Numbered from the stretch's first letter, positions 49,768 to 59,490 are shown. The stretch is DNA of 64,000 nt from Halobacteriovoraceae bacterium (GCA_963719505.1 CAVRCF010000001.1:512001-576000), one strand, 5' to 3'. Made by a program: numbers and translations. The notes: generated by a model from the letters alone, not told the origin.

Positions 49768-50094
49768 ATGAAGATTTACGGATACATCTTATTTTCAATT
49801 TTATTAGTCTCTTGTGCCTCAACGAATAAAAGAGGTATAGCAAGCGACCAAAAATCAAGAAAAGATATTGAGCAATCAATTTTTCACGATTTAAGGATGG
49901 CAGAGTCACATCTAGCGACAGCCAAAATAAATGGTTATCGTACATACTTATCCTCACTAAATGAAGTTCAATTAGAACAACTCCAACAAGAAATTAAAGA
50001 CATTCGTTTGCGATCAAAGGATCTTCATCAGGCTGTTACTGACTGGATCTCAACCCTATCACATGCTGAAATGAAAGAGATTCGGGGGAAATAA
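49768..50094 (+). CDS. helical lipoprotein
   Basis: Lipobox LVSC, RGIAS motif; start at ATG 49768 after the hairpin. Confidence 0.75.
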   Translation: MKIYGYILFSILLVSCASTNKRGIASDQKSRKDIEQSIFHDLRMAESHLATAKINGYRTYLSSLNEVQLEQLQQEIKDIRLRSKDLHQAVTDWISTLSHAEMKEIRGK

Positions 50095-50099
50095 ATTCT

Positions 50100-51536
50100 A
50101 TGAAATTTTTGATATTATCTCTATTTATCTTCTCTTCAGTTCAAGCAGTAGTCTGTGAAACCCCCACAAAAGAGGGACTTCTCAGTTACATGAACGAATT
50201 TGTTAACGAGAGAATGAAGGTCACCGGCGTGGACAGTGAGGCTCTTTTGAAGAGTTTTACTAAAAAGTACGCAGAGTGTGAAAGTGAAATAAATGCAAAT
50301 AACGTGGCTGGCTGTTTTGAAAATCTTAAAAATTTTTCAAGAAGGAAAATCGCGGTGTCTGAAGCAGACTTTGCAGGATTTGAAGTTTCAAGAGATGACT
50401 ACTTTAACTCTCGCCCAAAAGAGGCTTATGCCCTACCAGAAGAACTACAAGGTGGAATCCCTGACAACTATAGAAAACTGGCAAAGGATAAAGGTTGGAA
50501 GGTTATAGAATACAGATCACGTACCGTTGGAAATCCTGGACGTCATGGTAACGGACGTTCATACAACAGACTTCTTATTCTTGTAGAGGGAAGTCCTTAT
50601 GATAAATATATACAATTCACATTGCCTAATGAAAATGGCAAACCTCAACAACTTGTGGATTTTATCTCTGTAGATAAATCAAAATCACCCAAAGAAATAA
50701 CTTTTAATCAGTTCGATAGAGATATTGAAGGCAAAAATCCAAAGCCTAGAGAGTTTTTTGATTCGTGTTTTAGTTGCCATCCAAACGGTATGAGAAACCT
50801 CTCGCCAGCTCCAGGATCTGTGTCAAAAGAAGACACTGAAAATTTAGATTACATGAATAATAAGATGGATAGTTATAAAAAGATGAGCTGGGGAAAAGCA
50901 GTTGTTCCTGAGCATGATGGGCCGGCCTTGGGTGAAGCGCAGGGGTGTGTTCGTTGTCACAATGGATACACAGGGCAAGAAGGTATCTCCAGAGGTGCTC
51001 TAACAAACTCTACAGCTGGTAGTCATATTAGACATAAGGTCGAAGGCGACGCAAGTATGCCTGTGGCAGATTATAAATCTGAGCAAGACCTTCTTGATTA
51101 TCTTAAAAATGTTCAACTGCAACTCTCAGAGCCAGAAAGAAAAGAATTATTTAATGAACTTTATATTAAAAATAGCGACGATGCCTTTAGTTTAGTAACG
51201 TATCAAAGAATTCTAAAATTTATGAATGAAAAAGGTAAACTCTCTAATAAAGACTTTACAAAAATGAAGTTCGTATTAAACGGAAATCCCGACTATCCAA
51301 ACTGTTTGGGAGACGAAAATTGTTTTCAAGGTTTAAACAAAAGAACAAGCGAGTCTTATAATATTAAAGACAGGGCTGTTGTTTATGAATCGTTTAAAAA
51401 GTGGGCGACAGAAGGCTGTGACTTTGGTGAGCCTGTGCCTAATGTTAATGAGAATCCAAGGACTTTAGAAGAAAATTCCGGGACTTCGGGCGGTGCCCAG
51501 AGTACACCAATAAGCTCGGGAGTAATAAATGATTAA
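50100..51536 (+). CDS. secreted putative di-heme c-type cytochrome domain protein
   Basis: Signal peptide; CFSCH and CVRCH; downstream SMP as a candidate axial Met. Confidence 0.75.
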   Translation: MKFLILSLFIFSSVQAVVCETPTKEGLLSYMNEFVNERMKVTGVDSEALLKSFTKKYAECESEINANNVAGCFENLKNFSRRKIAVSEADFAGFEVSRDDYFNSRPKEAYALPEELQGGIPDNYRKLAKDKGWKVIEYRSRTVGNPGRHGNGRSYNRLLILVEGSPYDKYIQFTLPNENGKPQQLVDFISVDKSKSPKEITFNQFDRDIEGKNPKPREFFDSCFSCHPNGMRNLSPAPGSVSKEDTENLDYMNNKMDSYKKMSWGKAVVPEHDGPALGEAQGCVRCHNGYTGQEGISRGALTNSTAGSHIRHKVEGDASMPVADYKSEQDLLDYLKNVQLQLSEPERKELFNELYIKNSDDAFSLVTYQRILKFMNEKGKLSNKDFTKMKFVLNGNPDYPNCLGDENCFQGLNKRTSESYNIKDRAVVYESFKKWATEGCDFGEPVPNVNENPRTLEENSGTSGGAQSTPISSGVIND

Positions 51537-52257
51537 GCTTATTATTTTTATTTCTCTATTGGCTTTAAATTGTTTCTCTAGCATTCATAATAAATCAGAA
51601 AAAGAGGTTTTTGACACTATTGACTGCAAGGCGGAAGTTTCTAATCAGTTAGTACAATGGAATAGTTTGAGTGATTGGACTAGGCACTTTGTTGATAAAA
51701 AGACGATAAAGTTTATGTCACCGACAAAAGAAATTGGAAGATGGGTTGAGATCTATTTTGGTAAGATTAATAATGAAATGAAATTGGTTACACCTACAGA
51801 GCTGCTAGTCGTTAAATTTGGAAAAAACTGTGAAAAGAAAGTCTACCTAAAAAAATCAGATAGGGTTGTCAATGGAAATGAATTCTCTGATGGAGACTTG
51901 GCGAATTTAGTAGAATCAAATAAAAATGGAATCATTTATACATTTGGCCCTCAAATGCCTTTGTCTCTAGATGGGATAAAAGAGATTAGAGCTGCAGCTA
52001 AAAAATCTGGCTTAAAACTCACTCTTTTATTGCCTTCAAAAAGTTCAATGAAAGAATTAAAAGAGCTTTTAAAGAAAAAGAAAATAGAAGTTGATAGCCT
52101 TGTGGTGTCAAACTCTATGGAGCTATCCTATAGGGGAGCTTTTCTGCATCTGCCTTCAGTGCTGACTTATCATAATAAACAACTTGCTCGCCGAGCAAGA
52201 CCTGGACATGAAAAATCATATTACTATGAAAAATATCTAGAAAAGGAGATGAAGTGA
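51529..52257 (+). CDS. secreted protein with thioredoxin-like C-terminal domain lacking CxxC
   Basis: GIIYTFGPQMPLS occupies the W-CxxC position; HLPS candidate cis-Pro motif. Confidence 0.55.
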   Translation: MIKLIIFISLLALNCFSSIHNKSEKEVFDTIDCKAEVSNQLVQWNSLSDWTRHFVDKKTIKFMSPTKEIGRWVEIYFGKINNEMKLVTPTELLVVKFGKNCEKKVYLKKSDRVVNGNEFSDGDLANLVESNKNGIIYTFGPQMPLSLDGIKEIRAAAKKSGLKLTLLLPSKSSMKELKELLKKKKIEVDSLVVSNSMELSYRGAFLHLPSVLTYHNKQLARRARPGHEKSYYYEKYLEKEMK

Positions 52258-54002
52258 AAAGGTTTTCAATTACCCTCTTTCTTTTTTGTTCAACCGTCTT
52301 TGCTCAAGATTTTTGTGAACTCGCTGTAAATAAACCAATAAAAAGTGTAATGCTCCCAGGAGCGCCAAGTTGGTTTATCAGTGCAAACCCAGATGGTAAG
52401 TCTGTCGGTGTTATAATGAATGGCGAAAATAGAATGTTTTCAATGGATGAAGTTGATGAAAATGGTGAGCCCAAAATGATAAACGTTCCTGGTGACGTTG
52501 ATCCAGTGTATTCACCTGATAGTTGGTTTTTTACAAGTCCAGGAAAATTTTATGACGCTGAGGTTATCCCTGAGATGCTTTCCAACGAAGAGAATGCTGA
52601 AAGTTTAGAAAGATTGGGTGATACATCCCTTCATAGCGTTTACCAGTCAATTGGTGTTCTTAAAACCGATAGTAAAACTAAGGCTGAGTATATTTACATT
52701 GCGGATCCGAATTCGGTTCAAGACAATATATTCGGATATTTAGAATACTCTATTATGTCTGCGACGAGAAACCCTACAACAAAAGAAAAAACTTTAAAAG
52801 AAGTTGATAAAGGAATTTTGTGTAAAGGCTTTGTCGGTCATACACCTATGATTTCCTCTGATGGAAAATACCTTTCTATTATTAATGATGAAACGATGAC
52901 AACTCAGATTTTAAAAGTTGATACAAGTAAAGGGACATGTAGCCTTATGGTCGACCTAGGTGTTCCTACGGGTAAAGTTTCATTTAATATGAGTGAGGAT
53001 CCTAGAAAGATTACTTTTCACGTGGATAAGCACAATACTACGATTGATTGGTTTGAGGGGATTCCCTACAATATGTCTAAAGATACCTACGTAATGGATT
53101 TTGATGTTCAAAACGATGGAACAAAAGATGAAAAGTGGGATATTGCTAGCCTTCAACGAATTTCAAATAATAATGAAACAGGGACAGGGGTCTACTACCC
53201 ACGATTCACCAGAGATGGTGATATTATCGCTATTAAAAATGCTGGTGATAATTACTATTTAGAAAAGTATGACCTTAGTAATGGAACTGATGCTTCTTTT
53301 GATAGAAACCTTTTATACCCTGTCTCAAAAGAAGTTTATAGTTGTGAATCTCCTGAGTTTCAAAAGTTTGCGGCGGTCTATGGACTAGCTAGTATTTATG
53401 CTGAAATTTGTGAGGACAATCAAAACTCTATTCGGGAAAAGGATGCTGTGCTAACCGTTTTAGCCATGGATAAAGACAATTGTGAAAGTTTAGTTAACAA
53501 GTACTTTGAATCAGGATCTGGAAAGATCGATTCGAGCAAAGTAAAAAATTTGAGTGAGAATAAAAGAAGATCAATCGAATCGATAACAAAAGAAGAGATG
53601 CTTGGGGTGTGCCCTGAAAGTAAAGCAAAAGATAAAGATGTTGATACATTAGTTGTCTCCAATACAGTGGTGGCCGATACCCCTGAAAATGCTTTCAGAA
53701 GAAACTGCTCAGGCTGTCACTTACCAGATGAGACCAGTGGAGGTTACTCCTTTCTGACTGACGACGGGTCGATTAATAATGGAAGTGGTTCTGTAAATGG
53801 TCTCAACGCTAACTCAGCTTGGAAATCAGTGAATCTTATGCTGAATAACGATTCAATTAATCAGATGCCACCAAATGGTCATCAAATGTCTGAAAAAGAT
53901 CTTCGGAATACAGTTGAATATCTTAAATCTCAGTTGTCAGATAATGCACAAATCAAAGCAGTCGAAAAACTTTTAGGAAAAAAGATTAGAGACGAATACT
54001 AA
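52254..54002 (+). CDS. secreted TolB-like beta-propeller plus C-terminal cytochrome c protein
   Basis: NPDGK, PVYSPD, PMISSDGK and PRFTRDG repeats; CSGCH and QMPP. Confidence 0.75.
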   Translation: MKRFSITLFLFCSTVFAQDFCELAVNKPIKSVMLPGAPSWFISANPDGKSVGVIMNGENRMFSMDEVDENGEPKMINVPGDVDPVYSPDSWFFTSPGKFYDAEVIPEMLSNEENAESLERLGDTSLHSVYQSIGVLKTDSKTKAEYIYIADPNSVQDNIFGYLEYSIMSATRNPTTKEKTLKEVDKGILCKGFVGHTPMISSDGKYLSIINDETMTTQILKVDTSKGTCSLMVDLGVPTGKVSFNMSEDPRKITFHVDKHNTTIDWFEGIPYNMSKDTYVMDFDVQNDGTKDEKWDIASLQRISNNNETGTGVYYPRFTRDGDIIAIKNAGDNYYLEKYDLSNGTDASFDRNLLYPVSKEVYSCESPEFQKFAAVYGLASIYAEICEDNQNSIREKDAVLTVLAMDKDNCESLVNKYFESGSGKIDSSKVKNLSENKRRSIESITKEEMLGVCPESKAKDKDVDTLVVSNTVVADTPENAFRRNCSGCHLPDETSGGYSFLTDDGSINNGSGSVNGLNANSAWKSVNLMLNNDSINQMPPNGHQMSEKDLRNTVEYLKSQLSDNAQIKAVEKLLGKKIRDEY

Positions 54003-54011
54003 GGATATAAA

Positions 54012-54734
54012 ATGAAGTTTTTATTTATGACGGTTTTACTCTCATCCTCATCGGTTGTAACCGCCCAAGAAAATGACTTTACACCAAAGTTTGGAAGCTT
54101 TAATGGCCACCATATCTCCTCCTTTGAACCTTGTGTTCATAGAGAGCAAAGAGGCGGCTGGTATGATCACTGCTTCTTTAACATGGAAGGGACCAACAGT
54201 TTTGGAGATAAGGTGTCTCCTGAAGCCAAGGAATGTGGAGTTGAGGCAAACAAAAGACTTCATAATTGGCTTAATACAAAGGGCAGCGATGTAGAAAATG
54301 CTATGTCAGTCCTTGAAAGAGTTCATGGGAGTAAATCGATCTATATTATTGTGACAGATACTATGGGGACGACCATTCCAGGGCAATCCAGAGAATCGTC
54401 TAGTTTATGGACATGGTCAGGAACAGGTGAAGGTTCAAACGGTCGTGGACATTACTTTAAGTTTAATATTGGTATCTCTAAAACTGGTAAGTGCTCTATA
54501 CCAACAGAAGATGAAATGCTCTCTACAATTAGAGGATGGGTTGGAGAAGAGAAGTTTGACCTAGAGCTTAGCAATATAGTTGCAGGGGCTTCTGAATCGG
54601 TTCCTGTCAGCGTTGAGGATTCACCTCGTACATTTCTTCAAAAAATCTTTGGAACAAAAGAGAGCAGGGCTGAGAAGCGCGAGGCAAGACAACAGCGTAG
54701 AGAGCTTCGTAGACAAGGTGTTCGAGATAATTAA
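54012..54734 (+). CDS. secreted hypothetical protein with basic C-terminal tail
   Basis: AAGGA SD, signal peptide, four Cys, Arg-rich C-terminus. Confidence 0.75.
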   Translation: MKFLFMTVLLSSSSVVTAQENDFTPKFGSFNGHHISSFEPCVHREQRGGWYDHCFFNMEGTNSFGDKVSPEAKECGVEANKRLHNWLNTKGSDVENAMSVLERVHGSKSIYIIVTDTMGTTIPGQSRESSSLWTWSGTGEGSNGRGHYFKFNIGISKTGKCSIPTEDEMLSTIRGWVGEEKFDLELSNIVAGASESVPVSVEDSPRTFLQKIFGTKESRAEKREARQQRRELRRQGVRDN

Positions 54735-54757
54735 GTTAAAATAATGAATAAAAAATA

Positions 54758-54784
54758 GACAGTGACTAAAGTCTGGTCACTGTC
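54758..54784. promoter_or_regulatory. inverted repeat, candidate enhancer (bEBP) site
   Basis: GACAGTGAC-N9-GTCACTGTC, no U-tract, upstream of an IHF-like site and a sigma54 box. Confidence 0.5.
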
Positions 54785-54793
54785 ATCACACAA

Positions 54794-54836
54794 AATCAAG
54801 CATTTATACCTTTCTTTTTTTGGCACGTTTCTCGCA
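54794..54836 (+). promoter_or_regulatory. IHF-like site plus sigma54 -24/-12 promoter (copy 1)
   Basis: AATCAA-gcat-TTA (54794-54806); TGGCACGTTTCTCGCA (54821-54836), GG-N10-GC. Confidence 0.7.
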
Positions 54837-54871
54837 TATACTAGTGTAAGAGAAATAACAGGAGAGAGATT

Positions 54872-55054
54872 ATGAAATCACTATTTTTAACAGCAATTTT
54901 GGCATTAACATTTTCAACAGTGGCTAGCGCCTTTGAAACAAGTGGAGTTGAATGTCCAGCACTTGCAGAGTCAAACAAAAGAGAAGGTAAAGTTGTCGCT
55001 GAAACTTCAACTGCATCTAATGAAACACAAGTATCTAACGTAACAGAAGAATAA
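54872..55054 (+). CDS. small secreted protein, copy 1 (60 aa)
   Basis: GGAGAGA SD, 20-aa signal peptide (ASA), GVECPALAESNKREGKV core shared with the downstream paralogue. Confidence 0.85.
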   Translation: MKSLFLTAILALTFSTVASAFETSGVECPALAESNKREGKVVAETSTASNETQVSNVTEE

Positions 55055-55102
55055 AAGTTACCTGGTGATTTTTTCACCAAGTATTCTTCCCTTTCCCAAA
55101 AT

Positions 55103-55135
55103 AGACCACGTTTTCCCCGACGTGGTCTTTTTTTT
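55103..55135 (+). terminator. intrinsic terminator after small protein copy 1
   Basis: AGACCACGT-loop-ACGTGGTCT followed by a T tract. Confidence 0.85.
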
Positions 55136-55151
55136 ACACTGTCAAATTTTT

Positions 55152-55212
55152 ACTCAACCATTTATCGTAAAAACGAGGTGTTAGCCCTGTAAATCTTGGC
55201 ATGTTGCTTGCT
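55152..55212 (+). promoter_or_regulatory. IHF-like site plus sigma54 -24/-12 promoter (copy 2)
   Basis: ACTCAA-ccat-TTA (55152-55164); TGGCATGTTGCTTGCT (55197-55212). Confidence 0.75.
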
Positions 55213-55245
55213 TATATATAAGTAAGAAAAACAAAGGGAGAGATT

Positions 55246-55425
55246 ATGAAAGCATTATTTTTAACAGCAATTTTAACATTAACAATTTCGAGCGTTGCTC
55301 AAGCATTTGAAGTTCAAGGCGTAGAGTGTCCAGCACTTGCAGAGTCAAACAAAAGAGAAGGTAAAGTTATTAACGAAACATCTTCTACAGTAAAAGCTGA
55401 GACAATAGACGTTATTGGAAACTAG
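55246..55425 (+). CDS. small secreted protein, copy 2 (59 aa; not in the ORF track)
   Basis: Manual translation MKALFLTAILTLTISSVAQAFEVQGVECPALAESNKREGKVINETSSTVKAETIDVIGN*; GGGAG SD; paralogue of 54872-55054. Confidence 0.85.
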   Translation: MKALFLTAILTLTISSVAQAFEVQGVECPALAESNKREGKVINETSSTVKAETIDVIGN

Positions 55426-55862
55426 TAAGCCTGTCCTTCAGGCTTTTTAGCTCCTGGGGGATTAGACCCAAAGAGAGACTTTACATACAGAGACATCGCC
55501 ATGATTTCTTTATCTGTTAAGGTTTTCTCAAAAGCTCGCATACCTTTACTAGGTATTCCATATCTAATGATCTTATAGATATCTTGTGTAGAGCCTTTTC
55601 CGTAAATCCAAAACTTGTCCGTCAAGTTTGGACCAACTAAGCCTCCGCCTTTATACCCATGACATGAATTGCAATGTCTTGAATAGAGCTTTTCTGTTTT
55701 GGCCATAAGCGCAGTATCTTCGCGAACACTCTTGAATTGACCAATATTAAAATCATTTTGATTATCAAAATCAATCTCTTGAACAGGCGCTTGTTTAAAG
55801 CATGAACTACTTATTAATAATATTATCCAAAGCTTTCTTTTCTGAATGATGAAGTTCTTCAC
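55422..55862 (-). CDS. mono-heme cytochrome c lipoprotein (CcoP/cbb3 subunit III-like domain)
   Basis: CNSCH, GPNLTDKFWIYG, KGM axial Met. Confidence 0.85.
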   Translation of the reverse strand: MKNFIIQKRKLWIILLISSSCFKQAPVQEIDFDNQNDFNIGQFKSVREDTALMAKTEKLYSRHCNSCHGYKGGGLVGPNLTDKFWIYGKGSTQDIYKIIRYGIPSKGMRAFEKTLTDKEIMAMSLYVKSLFGSNPPGAKKPEGQAY

Positions 55863-56142
55863 TAGTCTTCCCGTTTTGTCTTATTCGTTGTCTTCTTTTC
55901 TTTAGGATGGCGCTTTGTTTACTTTTAACACTGTCACTGCCTGAGAAGAGATTATTACTTATCTGTTTTGTCTTTTTTACTGTGTTATCAACACTTTTTG
56001 AAAAAGAGCTTTTTATGTCACTCCCCAAAGGTCCGGTGAATCCAGAAATATGCTGAAAGAGAGGTTTATTTGAAATGGGAATTGATAAAACAATAAAGCT
56101 TATAACAAACGCGATGGTTGACTTAAAAATTATTCCTAACAT
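55807..56142 (-). CDS. hypothetical membrane-anchored basic protein
   Basis: GAGG SD before ATG 56142; N-terminal TM FVISFIVLSIPI. Confidence 0.7.
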   Translation of the reverse strand: MLGIIFKSTIAFVISFIVLSIPISNKPLFQHISGFTGPLGSDIKSSFSKSVDNTVKKTKQISNNLFSGSDSVKSKQSAILKKRRQRIRQNGKTSEELHHSEKKALDNIINK

Positions 56143-56143
56143 A

Positions 56144-56548
56144 TTAAACCTCTTTAGCTTCAAGTGGATTTGCATAAAAATGCACCTTACAATTATAAGA
56201 ATCAGTAAGGGTATAAAGTTCATATTCTAAATGGGTCGCGATTTTGTAGTCTGCCTGGTCGACATCTTTTATCAAAGAGAGAGGAGGTTCAAGCTCGCAA
56301 AAAAGGTCACTTTCAGTTTCTAAATTAGTGAGAAGCTGCCCTAGAAGAATATTCATACTCTCTACGAACAAAGAAAAGTCGACTTGCTTGGATGTTTCAC
56401 ACACCACAAAACCACAAAGCTCACCTTTGATGGGAAATAGAATACTATTGATATTAGAGATCTGCTGCTTCTGAGGACTTTCGGCTGCTAATTTCAGGAC
56501 CGCCTGACCGTACACGTTAATGTTTGAAGGGGACGAGCTAGAAATCAT
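56144..56548 (-). CDS. putative CheX/CheC-like phosphatase
   Basis: F..KGEL.G, ESMNILLG (ExxN motif) and EPP; abuts a CheY-like gene. Confidence 0.5.
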   Translation of the reverse strand: MISSSSPSNINVYGQAVLKLAAESPQKQQISNINSILFPIKGELCGFVVCETSKQVDFSLFVESMNILLGQLLTNLETESDLFCELEPPLSLIKDVDQADYKIATHLEYELYTLTDSYNCKVHFYANPLEAKEV

Positions 56549-56938
56549 CTAAACCTCTTCCATATTTGAAATAAGCTTTTCAATAGAATTAATTAAAGTC
56601 TCTTTGGTGAAAGGCTTTTGAAGAAAGTCTGAAGCCCCAGAACTGATGGCATCAATGACAATATTCTCCTGCGCCAAGGATGAGATCATGATAATGAGAA
56701 CATCTTTGAAGTTTTCAGAGATCTTTTTAGCGAGTTCAAATCCACTCATGCCGGGCATAACAATATCAATTATTGCAATATCGGGTGCTCTTTCGTTCAA
56801 AGAGTTTATGGCCTCTGCACCGTCGGCAGCCTCTCCAATTATTGAGTATCTTTGAGAATCCAGCATTTGTGAAATACTCGTCCTCGAAAAATCTGAATCA
56901 TCTACAATAAGAATTTTATAGGTTTTTTCTGCATCCAT
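56549..56938 (-). CDS. single-domain response regulator (CheY-like)
   Basis: ILIVDDS, DIVMPGMSG, GASDFLQKPF. Confidence 0.92.
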   Translation of the reverse strand: MDAEKTYKILIVDDSDFSRTSISQMLDSQRYSIIGEAADGAEAINSLNERAPDIAIIDIVMPGMSGFELAKKISENFKDVLIIMISSLAQENIVIDAISSGASDFLQKPFTKETLINSIEKLISNMEEV

Positions 56939-56992
56939 GCATTTGTCTCCGTTGTAACTATAGTGTAACGCAAAAGATTGGATGGTGAAAAT

Positions 56993-57018
56993 AAAAAAGG
57001 GACCCATTCGGATCCCTT
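56993..57018 (-). terminator. intrinsic terminator after lon paralogue 2
   Basis: Minus strand AAGGGATCC-gaat-GGGTCCCTTTTTT. Confidence 0.8.
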
Positions 57019-57055
57019 CTATATTGATTAAACCGTGTGATTAAATCAGTTTTCT

Positions 57056-59490
57056 TTAGGCAGCAATTTGAGAGCCACCTTTTGCAGTCGTGTTTGTTGT
57101 CGTTGTTGGTTTTTCTTTTTGAGGTTCCCAGTCAAGTAATGCAACCTCTAAAACCTCTCTAAAATTCCTTACAGGAACAAAGTTAATCTTCTTTCTGTAT
57201 TCTTCTGGAATATCAGCGAGATCCTTTTGATTTTTCCAAGGAATGATAATCGTATCAATTCCACATCTCATGGCAGCGAGAGCTTTCTCTTTAACACCAC
57301 CCACTGGTAAAACTTTTCCAGTCAAAGTGATCTCACCTGTCATAGCAATATCTTTACTAATAAAGGAGTTGGTTAAGAGTGACACAATCGTGGTCGCAAG
57401 AGTGATACCAGCACTTGGTCCATCTTTAGGAATTGCACCAGCTGGTAGGTGAATATGGATTTCATTTTCATCAAAGATGTCCTCATTTATTCCAAGCATC
57501 GCCGCGTTACTTCTAATATATCCCATAGCTGCTTGAGCTGATTCCTTCATAACATCACCAAGTTGACCAGTAAGAGTGATTCCTCTTCCTTTCATCTTAG
57601 TTGCTTCAATAAAGAGAATTTCTCCGCCGACTGCTGTCCAAGCTAGACCTGTTGCTACTCCGACTTCATCAAATTCTTTTACATCTTCTTTTGAGTAATG
57701 AGCAGGTCCTAAAAGTGTCTCCACCATATCAGACATAATGTGTGTTTTATCTGTTTCACCAGTTGCAATTTTCTTTGCAACTTTTCTACAAAGTGAGCCA
57801 ATTTGTCTCTCAAGATTTCTAAGTCCCGCTTCTCTTGTAAAGCCATCAATTACTTTCTTTACACCTTCTTCGTGAAACTCAACGTGATCGTTTGTTATAC
57901 CATTTTCATCCATTTGTTTCGGAATGAGATATCTCTTTGATATTTCCAGTTTTTCTTCTTGGCTGTACCCACTAAGATTAATCACTTCCATTCTATCTCT
58001 TAGACGGTCCAGGAATGTTTTCAAGCACGTTTGCTGTTGCGACAAACATGACATCAGATAGATCGTAAGGAACATTTAAATAATGATCTCTAAACTCAGA
58101 ATTTTGTTCTGGATCTAAGACTTCTAGTAAGGCACTTGAAGGATCACCCTTATAGTCAGAACCCATTTTATCTAATTCATCGAGCATGATAACTGGATTT
58201 CTTGTTTTTGCTTGCTTCATCGCTTGAATAAATCTTCCAGGCATCGCACCAACATAGGTTCTTCTATGACCACTAATCTCAGACTCATCTTTAACACCAC
58301 CAAGACTAATTCTTACGAATTCTCGTCCTGTAGCTTTGGCAATCGATTTTCCAAGACTTGTTTTCCCAACTCCTGGAGGTCCAGAAAAACAAAGGATAGG
58401 ACCTTTAACTTTTCCACCTTTAAGAGATCTAACTGCTAGATGCTCTAGAATTCTTTCTTTAATTTTTTTAAGGTCAAAATGATCTTTATCTAAAACTGTT
58501 TTCGCATAGGCCAAGTCTGTTTTCTCTTCGCTAACTTCATTCCAAGGAATGTCAATCATCCACTCTATATAACTTCTAAGGATACTTGACTCTGATGAAT
58601 CTGGATGCATTCTCTCTAATCTTCCCAATTGCTTTAAAGTTTCTTTTTCAGATTCTTCTGGCATTTGTTTAGCTAGGAGCTTCTCTTTAATTTCAGCAAA
58701 CTCATCTTGAGCTTGATCGTCGTCATCAAGTTCTGTTTTCATTTGCTTTGATTTGCTCTCTTAAAAAATATTCTTTTTGAGTCTTTGATATTTCTTCTTT
58801 TGCATTAGATTTTAATTTGTTCTTGAACAGCAATTATTTCTAACTCTCTTCAAGAATTTCATTTATTGTGTTGAGCTTTTCAACGGGGTCAAGAGTTTCA
58901 AGTATCTGTTGTGCTTCTTGAACTTTTAAGTTTAAATTTGAAGCCACGATGTCAGCTAGTCTTCCAGGGTCTTGTATATCTTCTAAGACCATTAAAATAT
59001 CTGGTGATAAAACTTTTCCCGTGTTGATAACTTTTTCAAGATTTTCTCTTACACTTCTCATAAGAGCTTCGACAGTTCTTTTTGTTTGGGTCGACTCTAC
59101 GGCTTCAACTTTTTCAACTTTTACTTTGAAAAACGGCTCTGTACCTTCAAAGCTTGTAATTCGTGCTTTAGCCAATCCTTGAATGAGGATTTTAATTCTT
59201 CCATCGGGAAGCTTTCTCATTCTCACAATCATTGCAATTGTACCCATTTCATAAATCTCAGCTGGACTTGGGTTTTCAGCATGAATATCCTTTTGACTTG
59301 ATAAGAGAATCAATCTATCGGTATTATTCAAAGCTTCTTCAACTGCTTTGATGGAAGACTCTCTTCCTACAAATAGGGGTAAAATCATGAATGGATAGAC
59401 TACAATGTCTCTAATCGGCAGGAGAGGGAGTGTTTCTTTGAAATCAATATCTTCACCCTCGTAATTTGTAACCATAACGTGTTCCTCCAC
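57056..59490 (-). CDS. lon: ATP-dependent Lon protease (paralogue 2), split by frameshifts
   Basis: Three track ORFs join into the N-domain (LPLLPIRD), AAA+ (GPPGVGKTS) and protease (PKDGPSAG) domains; indels near 58845, 58810, 58743 and 58000. Confidence 0.92.

Larger units (their letters stand above)
54953..55368 (+). repeat. 42-bp identical direct repeat (54953-54994 and 55327-55368) within a roughly 370-bp tandem duplication
   Basis: TGTCCAGCACTTGCAGAGTCAAACAAAAGAGAAGGTAAAGTT occurs twice. Confidence 0.9.

Noticed and set aside
54953-55368. 42-bp direct repeat as a possible CRISPR or att site
   Set aside because: Only two copies, both in frame inside paralogous ORFs, with no spacers, cas genes or integrase.
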